Source: Candidatus Cacconaster caballi (GTDB taxonomy: Bacteria > Bacteroidota > Bacteroidia > Bacteroidales > UBA932). Taken from it: DNA of 64,000 bases. Of the stretch, positions 17,531-27,311 are shown piece by piece (the first letter of the stretch is position 1; every line of letters starts with the position of its first letter). Location of the stretch: assembly GCA_018065695.1 (NCBI GenBank), contig JAGHST010000015.1, positions 8,778-72,777 of the forward strand, in the 5' to 3' direction. The position numbers were made by a program, and so were the translations under genes. The notes under the pieces were generated by a model. That model ran no database searches. It was given only the letters and a program-made list of their open reading frames with translations, and was not told the origin of the DNA.

Positions 17531-18472
17531 ATGAAAAAGCAGGGCTCCGCTACAATAGTAAAGCATACGGGAAGCCACTATCTTCTCTCGGAACTGCCGG
17601 TGTGGGATCCGTTTCCGGCTGTCATCCGCGGCAAACTGCGGCTTGAAGGCCTCAAGACCACCAATCCTGTGGCCGTGGGGGACAGAGTGGAATATGCCTT
17701 CGATTCCGACAATGCCACAATGGCCACAATCACCCGGATTCTGCCGCGCACAAACGGAATCATCAGGAAATCCACCAATCTCTCCAGAGAAAGCCATATT
17801 CTTGCCGCCAATCTGGACAGAGTCTTCCTCATCGTCACGATAATACTGCCGGAAACCAAACTTGCGTTCGTGGACCGTTTCCTGCTGACCTGCGAGGCCT
17901 ACGGCGTGCGCCCCGTCATCCTTGTCAACAAAATGGACCTCTACGTGGAGGACTGCCTGAAGGAGCAGGTGGAAAGATTCGGACAGATATACCGCGAAGC
18001 CGGTTATGAAACGATAGAAATCTCCACCCGCAACGGAAGCGGCATAGACAGAGTAAGGGAAATGTGCAGAGACTCCGTCAGCCTCTTCAGCGGAGCTTCA
18101 GGAGTGGGCAAATCTTCTCTGCTGAAAGCTCTTGACCCCTCCCTCAACCCAAAAATCGGGGATATTTCCGTCAGCCATCTGCAAGGCAGGCACACCACTA
18201 CTTTCTATGAGATGCATCCTCTCTCAAGCGGAGGTTTCGTCATAGACACCCCCGGCATCAGAGGCTTCGGACTGGTCGATATATCTGCCGAAGAGCTGAG
18301 CACATATTTCCCTGAGATGATGAGAGTTATGGACGGATGCCGATTCAAGCCCTGCACCCACACCCACGAGCCTCACTGTGCCGTCAAGCAGGCTCTCGAT
18401 GAGGGGCGCATCTCACCAGAGAGATACAGCTCCTATCTGGGAATGCTGGAAGAAGAGACCAAATACCGCTAA
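17531..18472 (+). CDS. rsgA: ribosome small-subunit-dependent GTPase A
   Basis: Circularly permuted GTPase (NKMD ... GASGVGKSSL) and zinc finger CRFKPCTHTHEPHC. Confidence 0.9.
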   Translation: MKKQGSATIVKHTGSHYLLSELPVWDPFPAVIRGKLRLEGLKTTNPVAVGDRVEYAFDSDNATMATITRILPRTNGIIRKSTNLSRESHILAANLDRVFLIVTIILPETKLAFVDRFLLTCEAYGVRPVILVNKMDLYVEDCLKEQVERFGQIYREAGYETIEISTRNGSGIDRVREMCRDSVSLFSGASGVGKSSLLKALDPSLNPKIGDISVSHLQGRHTTTFYEMHPLSSGGFVIDTPGIRGFGLVDISAEELSTYFPEMMRVMDGCRFKPCTHTHEPHCAVKQALDEGRISPERYSSYLGMLEEETKYR

Positions 18473-20070
18473 TCCCACTTGTCAAGTGCATCGTAGAGCT
18501 GCCTGTCCGTGCGAAGGGCGGCCATCGCCGCCGCAGCGGTGTAGTAGTATCTGAGAATTATCTCCTGTTCGACAATCGGTTTGATTTCATCTTTCTTGAC
18601 GCGCAGAATAGTCTCCTTGTCCATATTGACCTTGGAGGCAAGAGCCTCTATCTCAGCCTTGTACTGCTCGTAGAGATCTTCCTGGCGCGCCGCCTTGACA
18701 AGCTGGTCCAGGACTGTCTGTGCAGCGCTGCGGGCGTCAAATTCCTTCTTTGAAGCATATTTCACAAAATCTTCATATTGCTCGTCAGTAAGATGGAAAC
18801 TTTCGGCCGGAGCGATTTGAGGATGAGTCTTGTAGAACTCGACGGCATAGTCTCCGGGGATGTCCATATACACCAGCGAAACTGTAGGACGGCTAATCAG
18901 AGGACTTTCGACCTCAATATCGGGAGTTATGCCGCCGCCGTCATACACGGTGCGTCCGCTGACGGTCTTGAATGCGTGCCTGAGGGAGTCCGGAATGTTA
19001 CCGACACTGCCGTCTTCATTGCGGTGGGAATAGTCTATGGCCTGTACGCAACGCCCGCTCGGAGTGTAGTATTTTCCGGTGGTGACTTTCACGGAGCCGT
19101 TGTAAACCACCGGCTTGATGGTCTGTATGAGGCCTTTGCCGAACGTGCGTTTGCCGGCAATCGTACCACGGTCGAGGTCCTGCAGAGCACCCGCGGTGAT
19201 TTCAGAGGCGGAAGCCGAGCCGCTGTTGACCATCACCAGAATGGGAATCGTCGTGTCCACCGGGTTCACGGTAGTCAGATACTCCCTGTCCATCCCCTTC
19301 ATCCGGCCTTTGGAAGAGACAACCGGAGTCCCTTTGGGAACAAACAGGCCTACGAGATTGACAGCCTCATCCATCACTCCTCCACCATTGCCGCGAAGGT
19401 CTATGACAAGCCTTCTGGCGCCACGGCCCTTCAGCATCTCAAGAGCTTCCTTCGCCTCGCCGCTCACCTTGTCGGTGAAACTTTTGATGAGCATGTAGCC
19501 TATTGAATCGCGGATTATCCCGGCATATTCCACACTGGGGATATGAATCTTCTCTCTGACCACTGCTATCTCCTCCACGGCACCTGTGCGGCCTCTGATG
19601 ATTTTGAAGCGTACCTCAGTGCCCGGCTGCCCTTTCATCCGGCCGGAAGACTGCTCGGAAGTCTCATCGAATACAGGCTTTCCGTCTATTTCCACTATGG
19701 TGTCGCCAGGAGCAATGCCGTACTTCACCGCCGGAGAACCGTCATAAGGCTCCGTGATGACGACGCCTTCGCCCGGACGCTTCTTGATAAGGGCTCCGAT
19801 GCCACCGTAATTGCCTGTGGTTATGAGTTCGAGGTCCTCTTCGTCCTCTTCCGGAATGAATACCGTATAAGGATCCAGCGTAGAGAGCATCGCCGACAGA
19901 CCGGCATCCATCATCTTTTCAAAATTTACCGTATCTACATAAGAGCGGGATATCTCCTTCAGAACGGAATACTGTATTTCCAGACTTTTTCCGAATTGGA
20001 AATTACGGCTTTGGGCTCCTGCCGGCAACAAGGTTGCAACGGCCAGAACAAGTGTCACTAAACGTTTCAT
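18469..20070 (-). CDS. S41 carboxy-terminal processing peptidase
   Basis: Signal peptide, PDZ (GDTIVEIDG), S41 catalytic block NSGSASASE and K in GKRTFGKG. Confidence 0.88.
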   Translation of the reverse strand: MKRLVTLVLAVATLLPAGAQSRNFQFGKSLEIQYSVLKEISRSYVDTVNFEKMMDAGLSAMLSTLDPYTVFIPEEDEEDLELITTGNYGGIGALIKKRPGEGVVITEPYDGSPAVKYGIAPGDTIVEIDGKPVFDETSEQSSGRMKGQPGTEVRFKIIRGRTGAVEEIAVVREKIHIPSVEYAGIIRDSIGYMLIKSFTDKVSGEAKEALEMLKGRGARRLVIDLRGNGGGVMDEAVNLVGLFVPKGTPVVSSKGRMKGMDREYLTTVNPVDTTIPILVMVNSGSASASEITAGALQDLDRGTIAGKRTFGKGLIQTIKPVVYNGSVKVTTGKYYTPSGRCVQAIDYSHRNEDGSVGNIPDSLRHAFKTVSGRTVYDGGGITPDIEVESPLISRPTVSLVYMDIPGDYAVEFYKTHPQIAPAESFHLTDEQYEDFVKYASKKEFDARSAAQTVLDQLVKAARQEDLYEQYKAEIEALASKVNMDKETILRVKKDEIKPIVEQEIILRYYYTAAAAMAALRTDRQLYDALDKWD

Positions 20071-20093
20071 CTGATTTTTCTGAATCTATCGTG

Positions 20094-20121
20094 CAAATTT
20101 AACCTTTTGTTTCTATTTTTG
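20094..20121. promoter_or_regulatory. divergent -7 boxes for ctp-like gene (minus) and rdgB (plus)
   Basis: Minus TAAATTTG (20094-20101) and plus TATTTTTG (20114-20121). Both are exact TAnnTTTG. Confidence 0.45.
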
Positions 20122-20139
20122 CTTTCTAAATCTTTCCTT

Positions 20140-20748
20140 ATGGACATTCTTTTCGCCACCAACAATCCGCATAAAGCCGAAGAAGCCGCAAAGCTGCTCG
20201 GTCCGGCGTTCCATATACTCCTTCCATCATCTCTCGGCCTTGAGGGTGACATTCCGGAAACCCACGACACTATCGCCGAAAATTCCGCCGAAAAAGCCCT
20301 TTTCATCTGGAAGAAGTTCGGCCGGATCTGCTTTTCCGATGACACCGGACTCGAAATCGACGCTCTCGGTGGTGCCCCGGGCGTCTATTCCGCCCGATAT
20401 GCAGGGGAAAGCAAGAATCCTGCCGACAACCGTCGCAAGGTGCTCGGACAACTCGATGGCGTGCCCTTCGAAAAACGTACGGCCCGTTTCCGCTGCGCCG
20501 TCACTCTTGTCGAGCCGGTTACAGAAGGTCAGAGCGGCTTTAAAACCACCGTATTTGAAGGAACTTGCGAGGGCCATATCGCTCTGGCGGAAAGCGAAGG
20601 TGTCCAGGGGTTCGGTTATGATTCAATTTTCATTCCAAACGGTATGGAATGTACGATGGCTGAGGTGTCGCTTGAAGTGAAAAACGAACTCTCGCACCGC
20701 GGAAAGGCGATGCGTGAGCTGGCAAAATATCTTTCGGCAAAGAAATGA
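20140..20748 (+). CDS. rdgB: non-canonical purine NTP pyrophosphatase (RdgB/HAM1)
   Basis: MDILFATNNPHKAEE...SHRGKA. ATG 20140 was chosen because the -7 box lies downstream of the track start at 20107. Confidence 0.88.
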   Translation: MDILFATNNPHKAEEAAKLLGPAFHILLPSSLGLEGDIPETHDTIAENSAEKALFIWKKFGRICFSDDTGLEIDALGGAPGVYSARYAGESKNPADNRRKVLGQLDGVPFEKRTARFRCAVTLVEPVTEGQSGFKTTVFEGTCEGHIALAESEGVQGFGYDSIFIPNGMECTMAEVSLEVKNELSHRGKAMRELAKYLSAKK

Positions 20749-21416
20749 GCCTGACCACCAAATCACGGCTTATCGTGCTGCATCTGACCAAATATTCGGA
20801 CAGCAGCGCCGTGATGCACGCCGTCGATTCCGTAGGAGGACGCAAAAGTTTCCTTGTGCGGGGACTCGGCAAAAAACGCAGTAACGCCGAATTCCATCCC
20901 CTGAACATCCTTGATGCCGTGAGCGCCGAATCGCCGAAAAGCTCTCTTGCCGTGCTGCGCGAGTGGGAAAGCGTAGCCTCTTTGGAGAACATACGCTCCG
21001 ATATCTTCAAGAGTTCCCAGGCTCTTTTCATCAGTGAGGTGCTGTACAGAAGTCTCCGCACGGAAGAAACCCAGAGCGGCTTCTTCGACTGGCTGTGCGC
21101 GGCCATAGCTTCGCTTGAAACAGCTGAAGGAACGGTGGCCAATTTCCACCTCTGGTTTCTCGTCTCCTATATCGTCAGACTCGGATTCCGGCCGGACAGC
21201 GCCACCGGTCCGGAGCCACACGGAATCTTCTGCGACAGAGATGCCGAACTGCTTTTCAAAATAATGCAATCATCTACGGAAGAGATACTTGCTATGCCTC
21301 TTTCGGGCCGGCGCCGTCAGGAATTCGCACAGACCGCCCTAAAATACCTGTCATATCATATCGGTGCCGAAATCAACTCCAGATCACTTCCCGTACTTCA
21401 CGAACTGTTTCAATGA
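20745..21416 (+). CDS. recO: DNA repair protein RecO
   Basis: 223 aa with RecO-like N-terminal OB region (IVLHLTKYSDSSAVMHAVDSVGGRKSFLVRG). ATGA coupling to rdgB. Confidence 0.7.
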   Translation: MSLTTKSRLIVLHLTKYSDSSAVMHAVDSVGGRKSFLVRGLGKKRSNAEFHPLNILDAVSAESPKSSLAVLREWESVASLENIRSDIFKSSQALFISEVLYRSLRTEETQSGFFDWLCAAIASLETAEGTVANFHLWFLVSYIVRLGFRPDSATGPEPHGIFCDRDAELLFKIMQSSTEEILAMPLSGRRRQEFAQTALKYLSYHIGAEINSRSLPVLHELFQ

Positions 21417-21982
21417 GAAAATTAATCCCCGCACTTGTATTTCTGCTGTCCGCAATTTCATCCAAAGCCCAAATCCACTATGTAGAACCCTTTGGAGGCA
21501 TCTCGTTCGGGCGTCCCATCGTTGTGGGAGATTTCTACGATATGGATTTGTCGCGTTCTCGCGATTTCTGTCTGGACCTGCTGCGGTTCGGATTTCCGGT
21601 ATGGGGCAATGAGAACATCCGTTTCAGGGTTCAGGGGCGCTGGGAATTCTTCAGTCTCGGCAACAAATATTACAAGATGAAATTTCACTATGCCGGCGTG
21701 CCCATAGGCATCACCTTCAGAAAAAATCTTTTCAAAGTGGGTTTCCAGTGGACAATTCAGCGCAAGATATTCGCCCGTGAAAAGGATTTCAGAGGCGACA
21801 GGACCATTGTGGAGAAACTCGAAGGAGTCAATCCTCTGCGTATGACGGGCGAACTGTCCTTCTCATACGCATTCTTCGGCATTTACGGCCGAGTGAGCGC
21901 CACCCCCATCTTCCGCCGCGGCTATCACCCGGGATGCGACGATGCCAGACTCGTTACCTTCGGTATCGTAATCGACCTTTGA
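21413..21982 (+). CDS. secreted hypothetical protein, possible small outer-membrane beta-barrel
   Basis: Signal peptide MRKLIPALVFLLSAISSKAQ and alternating hydrophobic beta-strand pattern. ATGA coupling to recO. Confidence 0.5.
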   Translation: MRKLIPALVFLLSAISSKAQIHYVEPFGGISFGRPIVVGDFYDMDLSRSRDFCLDLLRFGFPVWGNENIRFRVQGRWEFFSLGNKYYKMKFHYAGVPIGITFRKNLFKVGFQWTIQRKIFAREKDFRGDRTIVEKLEGVNPLRMTGELSFSYAFFGIYGRVSATPIFRRGYHPGCDDARLVTFGIVIDL

Positions 21983-22004
21983 ATTGTACGCCGGCGGTCT
22001 TCTC

Positions 22005-25000
22005 CTACAGGCTGACCTTCTTGACGAGAGTATAGTGCAGGCCGAGGGCGGAAAGCTCGTCCTGAAGCTCCTTGGAAGGAGAGAGGAGAATGTCGCGGGA
22101 GAAGAGGCTCACGACATCGTTTTTGCCGTTGTGGGCAAAGGACAGATCCATATAGAGACGTGCCTTGCCCTTGTGACGCCTGCATAATTTGAGAAGATTC
22201 TTTCTCAATCCCTCATCCGCTCTTTCAAGCGGCAGCGGAATATGAATTTCCTTGATGAATTCATCCTTTGCATTCGCCAGAAGTTTGATGGACTGTATGC
22301 GGAGTTCATAGACATCCTCGCCTCCTTCTTCCTCTTTCTTCCTGTAGCGCGGTTTAATGGCGCACTTCATAAGCAGATAGGTGTGGAGTGCAGTGTACTG
22401 CATATAATTTTCATACTCCTTGCCGAAGAGCCTGAAAGTATAACTGCCTGTGAAGTCTTCGACGGTGAAACTGCACCAGGCCTTGCCTGTTTTGGTTGTA
22501 TTGGTCTGGCTGTCGGTGACGATACCGGCAACGATGAATTCCCTGTTCCAATTGGACTTGTCCGAAAGGTTCTTGGATATTTCATCCATAGCGGCAATGT
22601 CCGAAGTGGTGAATTCACTGATTTCAAGACGGAACTTGTCAAGAGGATGGGACGAAAGATACATACCCACCAGTTCCTTCTCTTTCTTGAGAAGTTCAAG
22701 TTCGTTGTATTCGGCCGGAGGGGCGGGCACCGAAGGCCGCACCGGCTTCATTTCGTCCATACCGCCGAACAGACTCGCCCCCTGCTGAAGAGTGTCGCTG
22801 TGGAACTTGTAAGCATAGCGCAGAAGCGCATCGAGGAAGACTTCGTCCTTTGCATTCCCCACAAAATATTGAGGACGGGAAATATCCTTGAAACTGTCGA
22901 AAGCTCCGGAGTTTATGAGATTCTCCATAATCTTCCTGTTGATGCAACCGGAAGGCATTCTTTCCACAAAATCGAAAACGTCCTTGAACGGCCCGCGCTG
23001 AGTCCTTTCCCAAATCACCGTTTTGATGACATTCTCTCCCACACCCTTAACTCCTGCAAGACCGAAACGGATATCTCCCGAATTGTTGACGGTGAAGGTA
23101 GTGGAACTTTCGTTGATGTCCGGCCCCTTCACCTGTACCTTGCTGCGGCGGCTGTCATCCATTATCTTGGTGATTTCCTCGATGTTGTCCAGATTGCAGC
23201 TGAGGTTGGCGGCAAAGAACTCCGCAGGATAGTGGCATTTCAACCAGGCAGTCTGGTAGCTTATCCAGGCATAGCAGGTGGAATGCGACTTGTTGAAGGC
23301 ATATTCGGCGAATGCCCGCCAGTCCTTCCATATCTTTTCAAGCTTGTCGGCAGGAAGACCGTTCTTGATGCCGCCTTCCATGAATTTGCTGTTGAGCGAC
23401 TCAAGCACCGTCAACTGCTTCTTGCCCATTGCCTTGCGAAGCTTATCGGCCTCGCCTTTGGTGAAGCCGGCCAGTTTCTGGGAAAGAAGCATCACCTGCT
23501 CCTGATATACCGTGATGCCGTATGTATCCTTCAGAAATTCTTCCATCTGCGGAAGGTCATAAGTGATAGGCTTCACGCCGAGCTTGCGGTCCACGAAGTC
23601 CGGAATATAGTCCATAGGACCCGGACGGTAGAGGGCATTCATTGCGATAAGGTCCTCGAAACGTGTCGGACGCAGCTTCTGAAGCCACTCCTTCATACCG
23701 GGAGACTCGAACTGGAATATTGAAGTGGTGTCGCCGCGACCGTAAAGTTCGTATGTGGCTTTGTCATCTATCGGAATCGCTTCGATGTCGATATCGATAC
23801 CGTGTCCTTCCTTTATGAGATCCAGAGTCTTGTGAATTATGGAGAGAGTGTTGAGGCCAAGAAAGTCCATCTTGAGCAGACCGCACTCCTCGATATAATG
23901 GCCGTCATATTGGGAGGTCCATACGTCCTGTCCGGTGTCCTTGTCTTTGGACAGGCAGATAGGGATATACTCTCCGAGGTTGCCCGGACCGATTATGGTG
24001 GCGCAGGCGTGCATTCCCACCTGACGCACGCTTCCTTCCAGCTGCTGTGCAAAAGAAAGCACCTCCTTGTTGAGGTCGTTGTTCTCCTTTGCTAACTCTT
24101 CCTTGAACTCCGGCACAAGACGGAAGCAGTTCTTCAGATTTATCTTGACGGATTTCTCTTCCTGCGTGCCGTCGTCATTCTGTATCTTTTCACTCAGGCG
24201 GGCCGGCACCATTTTGGAAAGACGGTTTGACTCGTCTATGGACACGTGGCTGATGCGGGCCACATCCTTTATTGCGCCCTTGGCCAGCATAGTGCCGAAA
24301 GTTATGACGCGGGAGACGTGGTCGATGCCATATTTCTCCTCGACATAGCGGTGAGCCACTTCGAGATTCTCGAAATCCACGTCAATATCCGGCATCGAGA
24401 TGCGGTCAGGATTGAGAAAACGCTCGAACAGAAGCTGATACCTGATAGGGTCAAGGTTGGTGATGCGAAGGCAATACGCCACCACCGAACCGGCGGCGGA
24501 ACCTCTGCCGGGGCCAACCATATAGCCCCTGTCGCGCGAAGCGCGGATATAGTCCTGGACTATCAGGAAATAGTCCGGGAATCCCATCTTGCAGATGGTC
24601 TTGAGTTCGAAGGCAATGCGCTCGTTCTGCTCCTCGGAGAGGGTTTCGCCGTATCGGCTGCGGGCTCCTTCGTAGGTAAGGTGGCACAGATAAGCCACGG
24701 AGCGGCAGAAATCGTCACCGCGATAATTGCCTTTGGCATCGTTTCGGCTCACCTCCACAAACTCGGCATATTTTGCGAGAAATTCATCTATTCGGGCAAG
24801 AAAATCATCCGGGATGGCGAATTTCGGAAGAATATAGTCGTGGTCGATGTTGTAACTGTCGCACTTGCCGGCCACCTCAAGCGTATTGGCAATGACTTCC
24901 GGATGGTTCGGGAAAAGAAGGGACATTTCCTCTTCGCTCTTGAGCCACTCCTGCTGTGTATAGTGCAGACGGTCGGGATCATCGATATCGGAATTGGTAG

Positions 25001-25721
25001 TCAGGCAGATGAGCCTGTCGTGAGCCGGAGCGTCCTCCTTGCGTATGAAATGGGAGTCGTTGGTCGCCACCACCTTTACACCGAGAGACGCGGCAAGGCG
25101 GAAGATTTCGGGGTTCACACGGCTCTGCGCTTCATATACATCGGAAGCGAAACCTGTCTCCGACTTGTGGAGCATCACCTCCAGATAGTAATCTTCTCCG
25201 AAAAGATTCTTGTGCCAGCGAATCGCCTCTTCGGCAGCTTCGACGTTTCCGTCCAGAATATTCTGCGGAATCTCTCCTGCAAGGCAGGCTGAGCAGCAGA
25301 TGAGGTTTTCGTGGTATTTCTCCAACACCTCGTGGGATACTCTCGGCCTGTAATACATTCCCTCGATGTGGCCGGCGGTGCATATCTTCATCAGATTGCG
25401 ATAGCCTTCATAGTTCTTTGCCAGAAGGATGAGGTGATAATAGTTGCGGTGGTCCCTGTCCTTGAGATGGTGGTCGTAGTGGCGGGTCACATAGACTTCG
25501 CAGCCGACAATGGGCTTGACAAGCAGTTTTCCATCGGAGTCCTTGTTGGCGTCGGAATAGGCATATTTCAGGAACTCCTTCACTCCGTACATATTGCCGT
25601 GGTCGGTAATGGCCAGGGCAGGCATCTCCAATTCTCTGGCCCTTGCGAAAAGTTTTCCTATGTCGGAAAGTCCGTCTAGAATCGAGTACTGTGTATGAAC
25701 GTGAAGGTGTACGAATGCCAT
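22005..25721 (-). CDS. dnaE: DNA polymerase III alpha subunit
   Basis: 1238 aa with PHP domain HLHVHTQYSILDG, polymerase core (PDIDVDF) and C-terminal OB fold. Confidence 0.97.
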   Translation of the reverse strand: MAFVHLHVHTQYSILDGLSDIGKLFARARELEMPALAITDHGNMYGVKEFLKYAYSDANKDSDGKLLVKPIVGCEVYVTRHYDHHLKDRDHRNYYHLILLAKNYEGYRNLMKICTAGHIEGMYYRPRVSHEVLEKYHENLICCSACLAGEIPQNILDGNVEAAEEAIRWHKNLFGEDYYLEVMLHKSETGFASDVYEAQSRVNPEIFRLAASLGVKVVATNDSHFIRKEDAPAHDRLICLTTNSDIDDPDRLHYTQQEWLKSEEEMSLLFPNHPEVIANTLEVAGKCDSYNIDHDYILPKFAIPDDFLARIDEFLAKYAEFVEVSRNDAKGNYRGDDFCRSVAYLCHLTYEGARSRYGETLSEEQNERIAFELKTICKMGFPDYFLIVQDYIRASRDRGYMVGPGRGSAAGSVVAYCLRITNLDPIRYQLLFERFLNPDRISMPDIDVDFENLEVAHRYVEEKYGIDHVSRVITFGTMLAKGAIKDVARISHVSIDESNRLSKMVPARLSEKIQNDDGTQEEKSVKINLKNCFRLVPEFKEELAKENNDLNKEVLSFAQQLEGSVRQVGMHACATIIGPGNLGEYIPICLSKDKDTGQDVWTSQYDGHYIEECGLLKMDFLGLNTLSIIHKTLDLIKEGHGIDIDIEAIPIDDKATYELYGRGDTTSIFQFESPGMKEWLQKLRPTRFEDLIAMNALYRPGPMDYIPDFVDRKLGVKPITYDLPQMEEFLKDTYGITVYQEQVMLLSQKLAGFTKGEADKLRKAMGKKQLTVLESLNSKFMEGGIKNGLPADKLEKIWKDWRAFAEYAFNKSHSTCYAWISYQTAWLKCHYPAEFFAANLSCNLDNIEEITKIMDDSRRSKVQVKGPDINESSTTFTVNNSGDIRFGLAGVKGVGENVIKTVIWERTQRGPFKDVFDFVERMPSGCINRKIMENLINSGAFDSFKDISRPQYFVGNAKDEVFLDALLRYAYKFHSDTLQQGASLFGGMDEMKPVRPSVPAPPAEYNELELLKKEKELVGMYLSSHPLDKFRLEISEFTTSDIAAMDEISKNLSDKSNWNREFIVAGIVTDSQTNTTKTGKAWCSFTVEDFTGSYTFRLFGKEYENYMQYTALHTYLLMKCAIKPRYRKKEEEGGEDVYELRIQSIKLLANAKDEFIKEIHIPLPLERADEGLRKNLLKLCRRHKGKARLYMDLSFAHNGKNDVVSLFSRDILLSPSKELQDELSALGLHYTLVKKVSL

Positions 25722-25737
25722 CTGTAAAGCTTTGGGG

Positions 25738-27255
25738 CTAAATGAGTGATTTTCCTGTCATAAGTTCCGGCTGCGGGATTCCCATCAGTTTCAGGATTGT
25801 AGGGGCGATATCGGCCAGACGGCCGTCGCGAACCTCCCTGACGTCCGGATCCACGACGATGAACTGCACTTTGTTGAGGGAGTGGGCTGTATTCGGCGTA
25901 CCGTCGGGATTCACCGCATTGTCGGCATTGCCGTGATCGGCGGTGATGATGACGCTGTAGCCTGCCTTCCGGGCAGCGCGGACCACCTCTCCCACTGCGC
26001 TGTCGATATAGCGTACGGCCCGGCAGATTGCATCATAGACTCCGGTATGGCCCACCATATCGCCATTGGCGAAATTGAGGATAATCATATCGTGCTTTCC
26101 GGTGGCGATGTCCGCCACGAGAGCCTCCTTCACCTGAGGTGCGCTCATCTCGGGCTGAAGGTCGTAGGTTGCCACTTTCGGAGAGTTTATGAGGATTCTG
26201 TCTTCGTTTTCGAACTCCTTCTCACGGCCACCGTTGAAGAAGAAAGTCACGTGGGCGTATTTTTCAGTCTCGGCAATGCGAAGCTGAGTCCTGCCGGCAG
26301 CAGCGACTACCTCTCCAAGCGTCTGACGCACGTTCTCCTTGTCGAAGAGGATGTGCAGACCCGTGAATTTATCGTCATACGGAGTAAGGCAGCAATAGTG
26401 CAGGGGAATGGTGTGCATCCCCATCTCCGGCATATCCTGCTGGGTAAGGACTGTGGTTATCTCGCGGGCGCGGTCGTTGCGGAAGTTGAAGAAAATGACG
26501 GCATCACCCTCTTCGATTGTAGCCACCGGCTTTCCATCCTCTCCGACTATGCATACAGGCTTGATGAATTCATCCGTAACGCCTTCCGCATAAGACTTTG
26601 CGATGGCCGCCGCAGCACTCACCGCCTTCTCTCCGATACCGTTGACTATCAAGTCATAGCCGACTTTCACCCTCTCCCAGCGCTTGTCGCGGTCCATCGT
26701 GTAGAAACGGCCGCATACAGAAGCTATCCTGCCGGTAGTCTGAGCCATTTTCGACTCCAGTTCCTCTACAAAGCCCCTGCCGCTTTTGGGGTCTGTGTCG
26801 CGACCGTCCATAAGACAGTGGACGAAGACTTTGTCAAGACCGCAGCGCTTTGCCTCGGCGAGAAATTCATAAAGATGGTTCAGGGAACTGTGCACGCCGC
26901 CGTGGGAGCAGAGGCCCATGAAATGAAGTTTCTTTCCGCTCTTTTTCACATATTCGTATGCCGCAGCTATTTCCGCATTCTTCATAAGTGCGTGGTCGCG
27001 GCAGGCCATATTTATCTTCACAAGGTCCTGATAGACGATGCGGCCGCCGCCGATATTGAGATGCCCCACTTCGCTGTTGCCCATCTGGCCGTCAGGCAGA
27101 CCTACGTCTTCGCCGGAGGCATCAAGATGTGAGAAAGGATATTTAGCCCTGAGAGCGTCGATTTCAGGAGTCCCGGTGGTATATATTGCGTTGGACTTGT
27201 CACACTTGCCTTCACCCCATCCGTCGAGAATCATCAAAAGTACACGTTTGTTCAT
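25738..27255 (-). CDS. gpmI: 2,3-bisphosphoglycerate-independent phosphoglycerate mutase
   Basis: [14 protein letters not shown]...SEVGHLN...[11 protein letters not shown] 27253-27255 preferred over the track start. Confidence 0.93.
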   Translation of the reverse strand: MNKRVLLMILDGWGEGKCDKSNAIYTTGTPEIDALRAKYPFSHLDASGEDVGLPDGQMGNSEVGHLNIGGGRIVYQDLVKINMACRDHALMKNAEIAAAYEYVKKSGKKLHFMGLCSHGGVHSSLNHLYEFLAEAKRCGLDKVFVHCLMDGRDTDPKSGRGFVEELESKMAQTTGRIASVCGRFYTMDRDKRWERVKVGYDLIVNGIGEKAVSAAAAIAKSYAEGVTDEFIKPVCIVGEDGKPVATIEEGDAVIFFNFRNDRAREITTVLTQQDMPEMGMHTIPLHYCCLTPYDDKFTGLHILFDKENVRQTLGEVVAAAGRTQLRIAETEKYAHVTFFFNGGREKEFENEDRILINSPKVATYDLQPEMSAPQVKEALVADIATGKHDMIILNFANGDMVGHTGVYDAICRAVRYIDSAVGEVVRAARKAGYSVIITADHGNADNAVNPDGTPNTAHSLNKVQFIVVDPDVREVRDGRLADIAPTILKLMGIPQPELMTGKSLI

Positions 27256-27263
27256 ATTTTTCG

Positions 27264-27287
27264 TATTTTTGTATCTGTGCAAAGATA
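27264..27287. promoter_or_regulatory. face-to-face -7 boxes for rnr (plus) and gpmI (minus)
   Basis: Plus TATTTTTG (27264-27271) and minus TATCTTTG (27280-27287), bridged by the palindrome GTATCT-gtgcaa-AGATAC (27271-27288). Confidence 0.5.
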
Positions 27288-27311
27288 CTATTTATTACGG
27301 CAATTGGGAAA

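Noticed and set aside
22242-23723. 493-aa plus-strand ORF, plus 24246-25292 and other long ORFs, inside dnaE
   Set aside because: It is antisense to a clearly genuine 1238-aa dnaE. The translation is low-complexity (Leu/Arg/Gly/His-rich) with no motifs. It is a typical stop-poor shadow frame of a codon-biased gene.
25882-27132. 416-aa plus-strand ORF opposite gpmI
   Set aside because: A shadow ORF antisense to an unambiguous iPGM gene, with no recognisable domain or signal.
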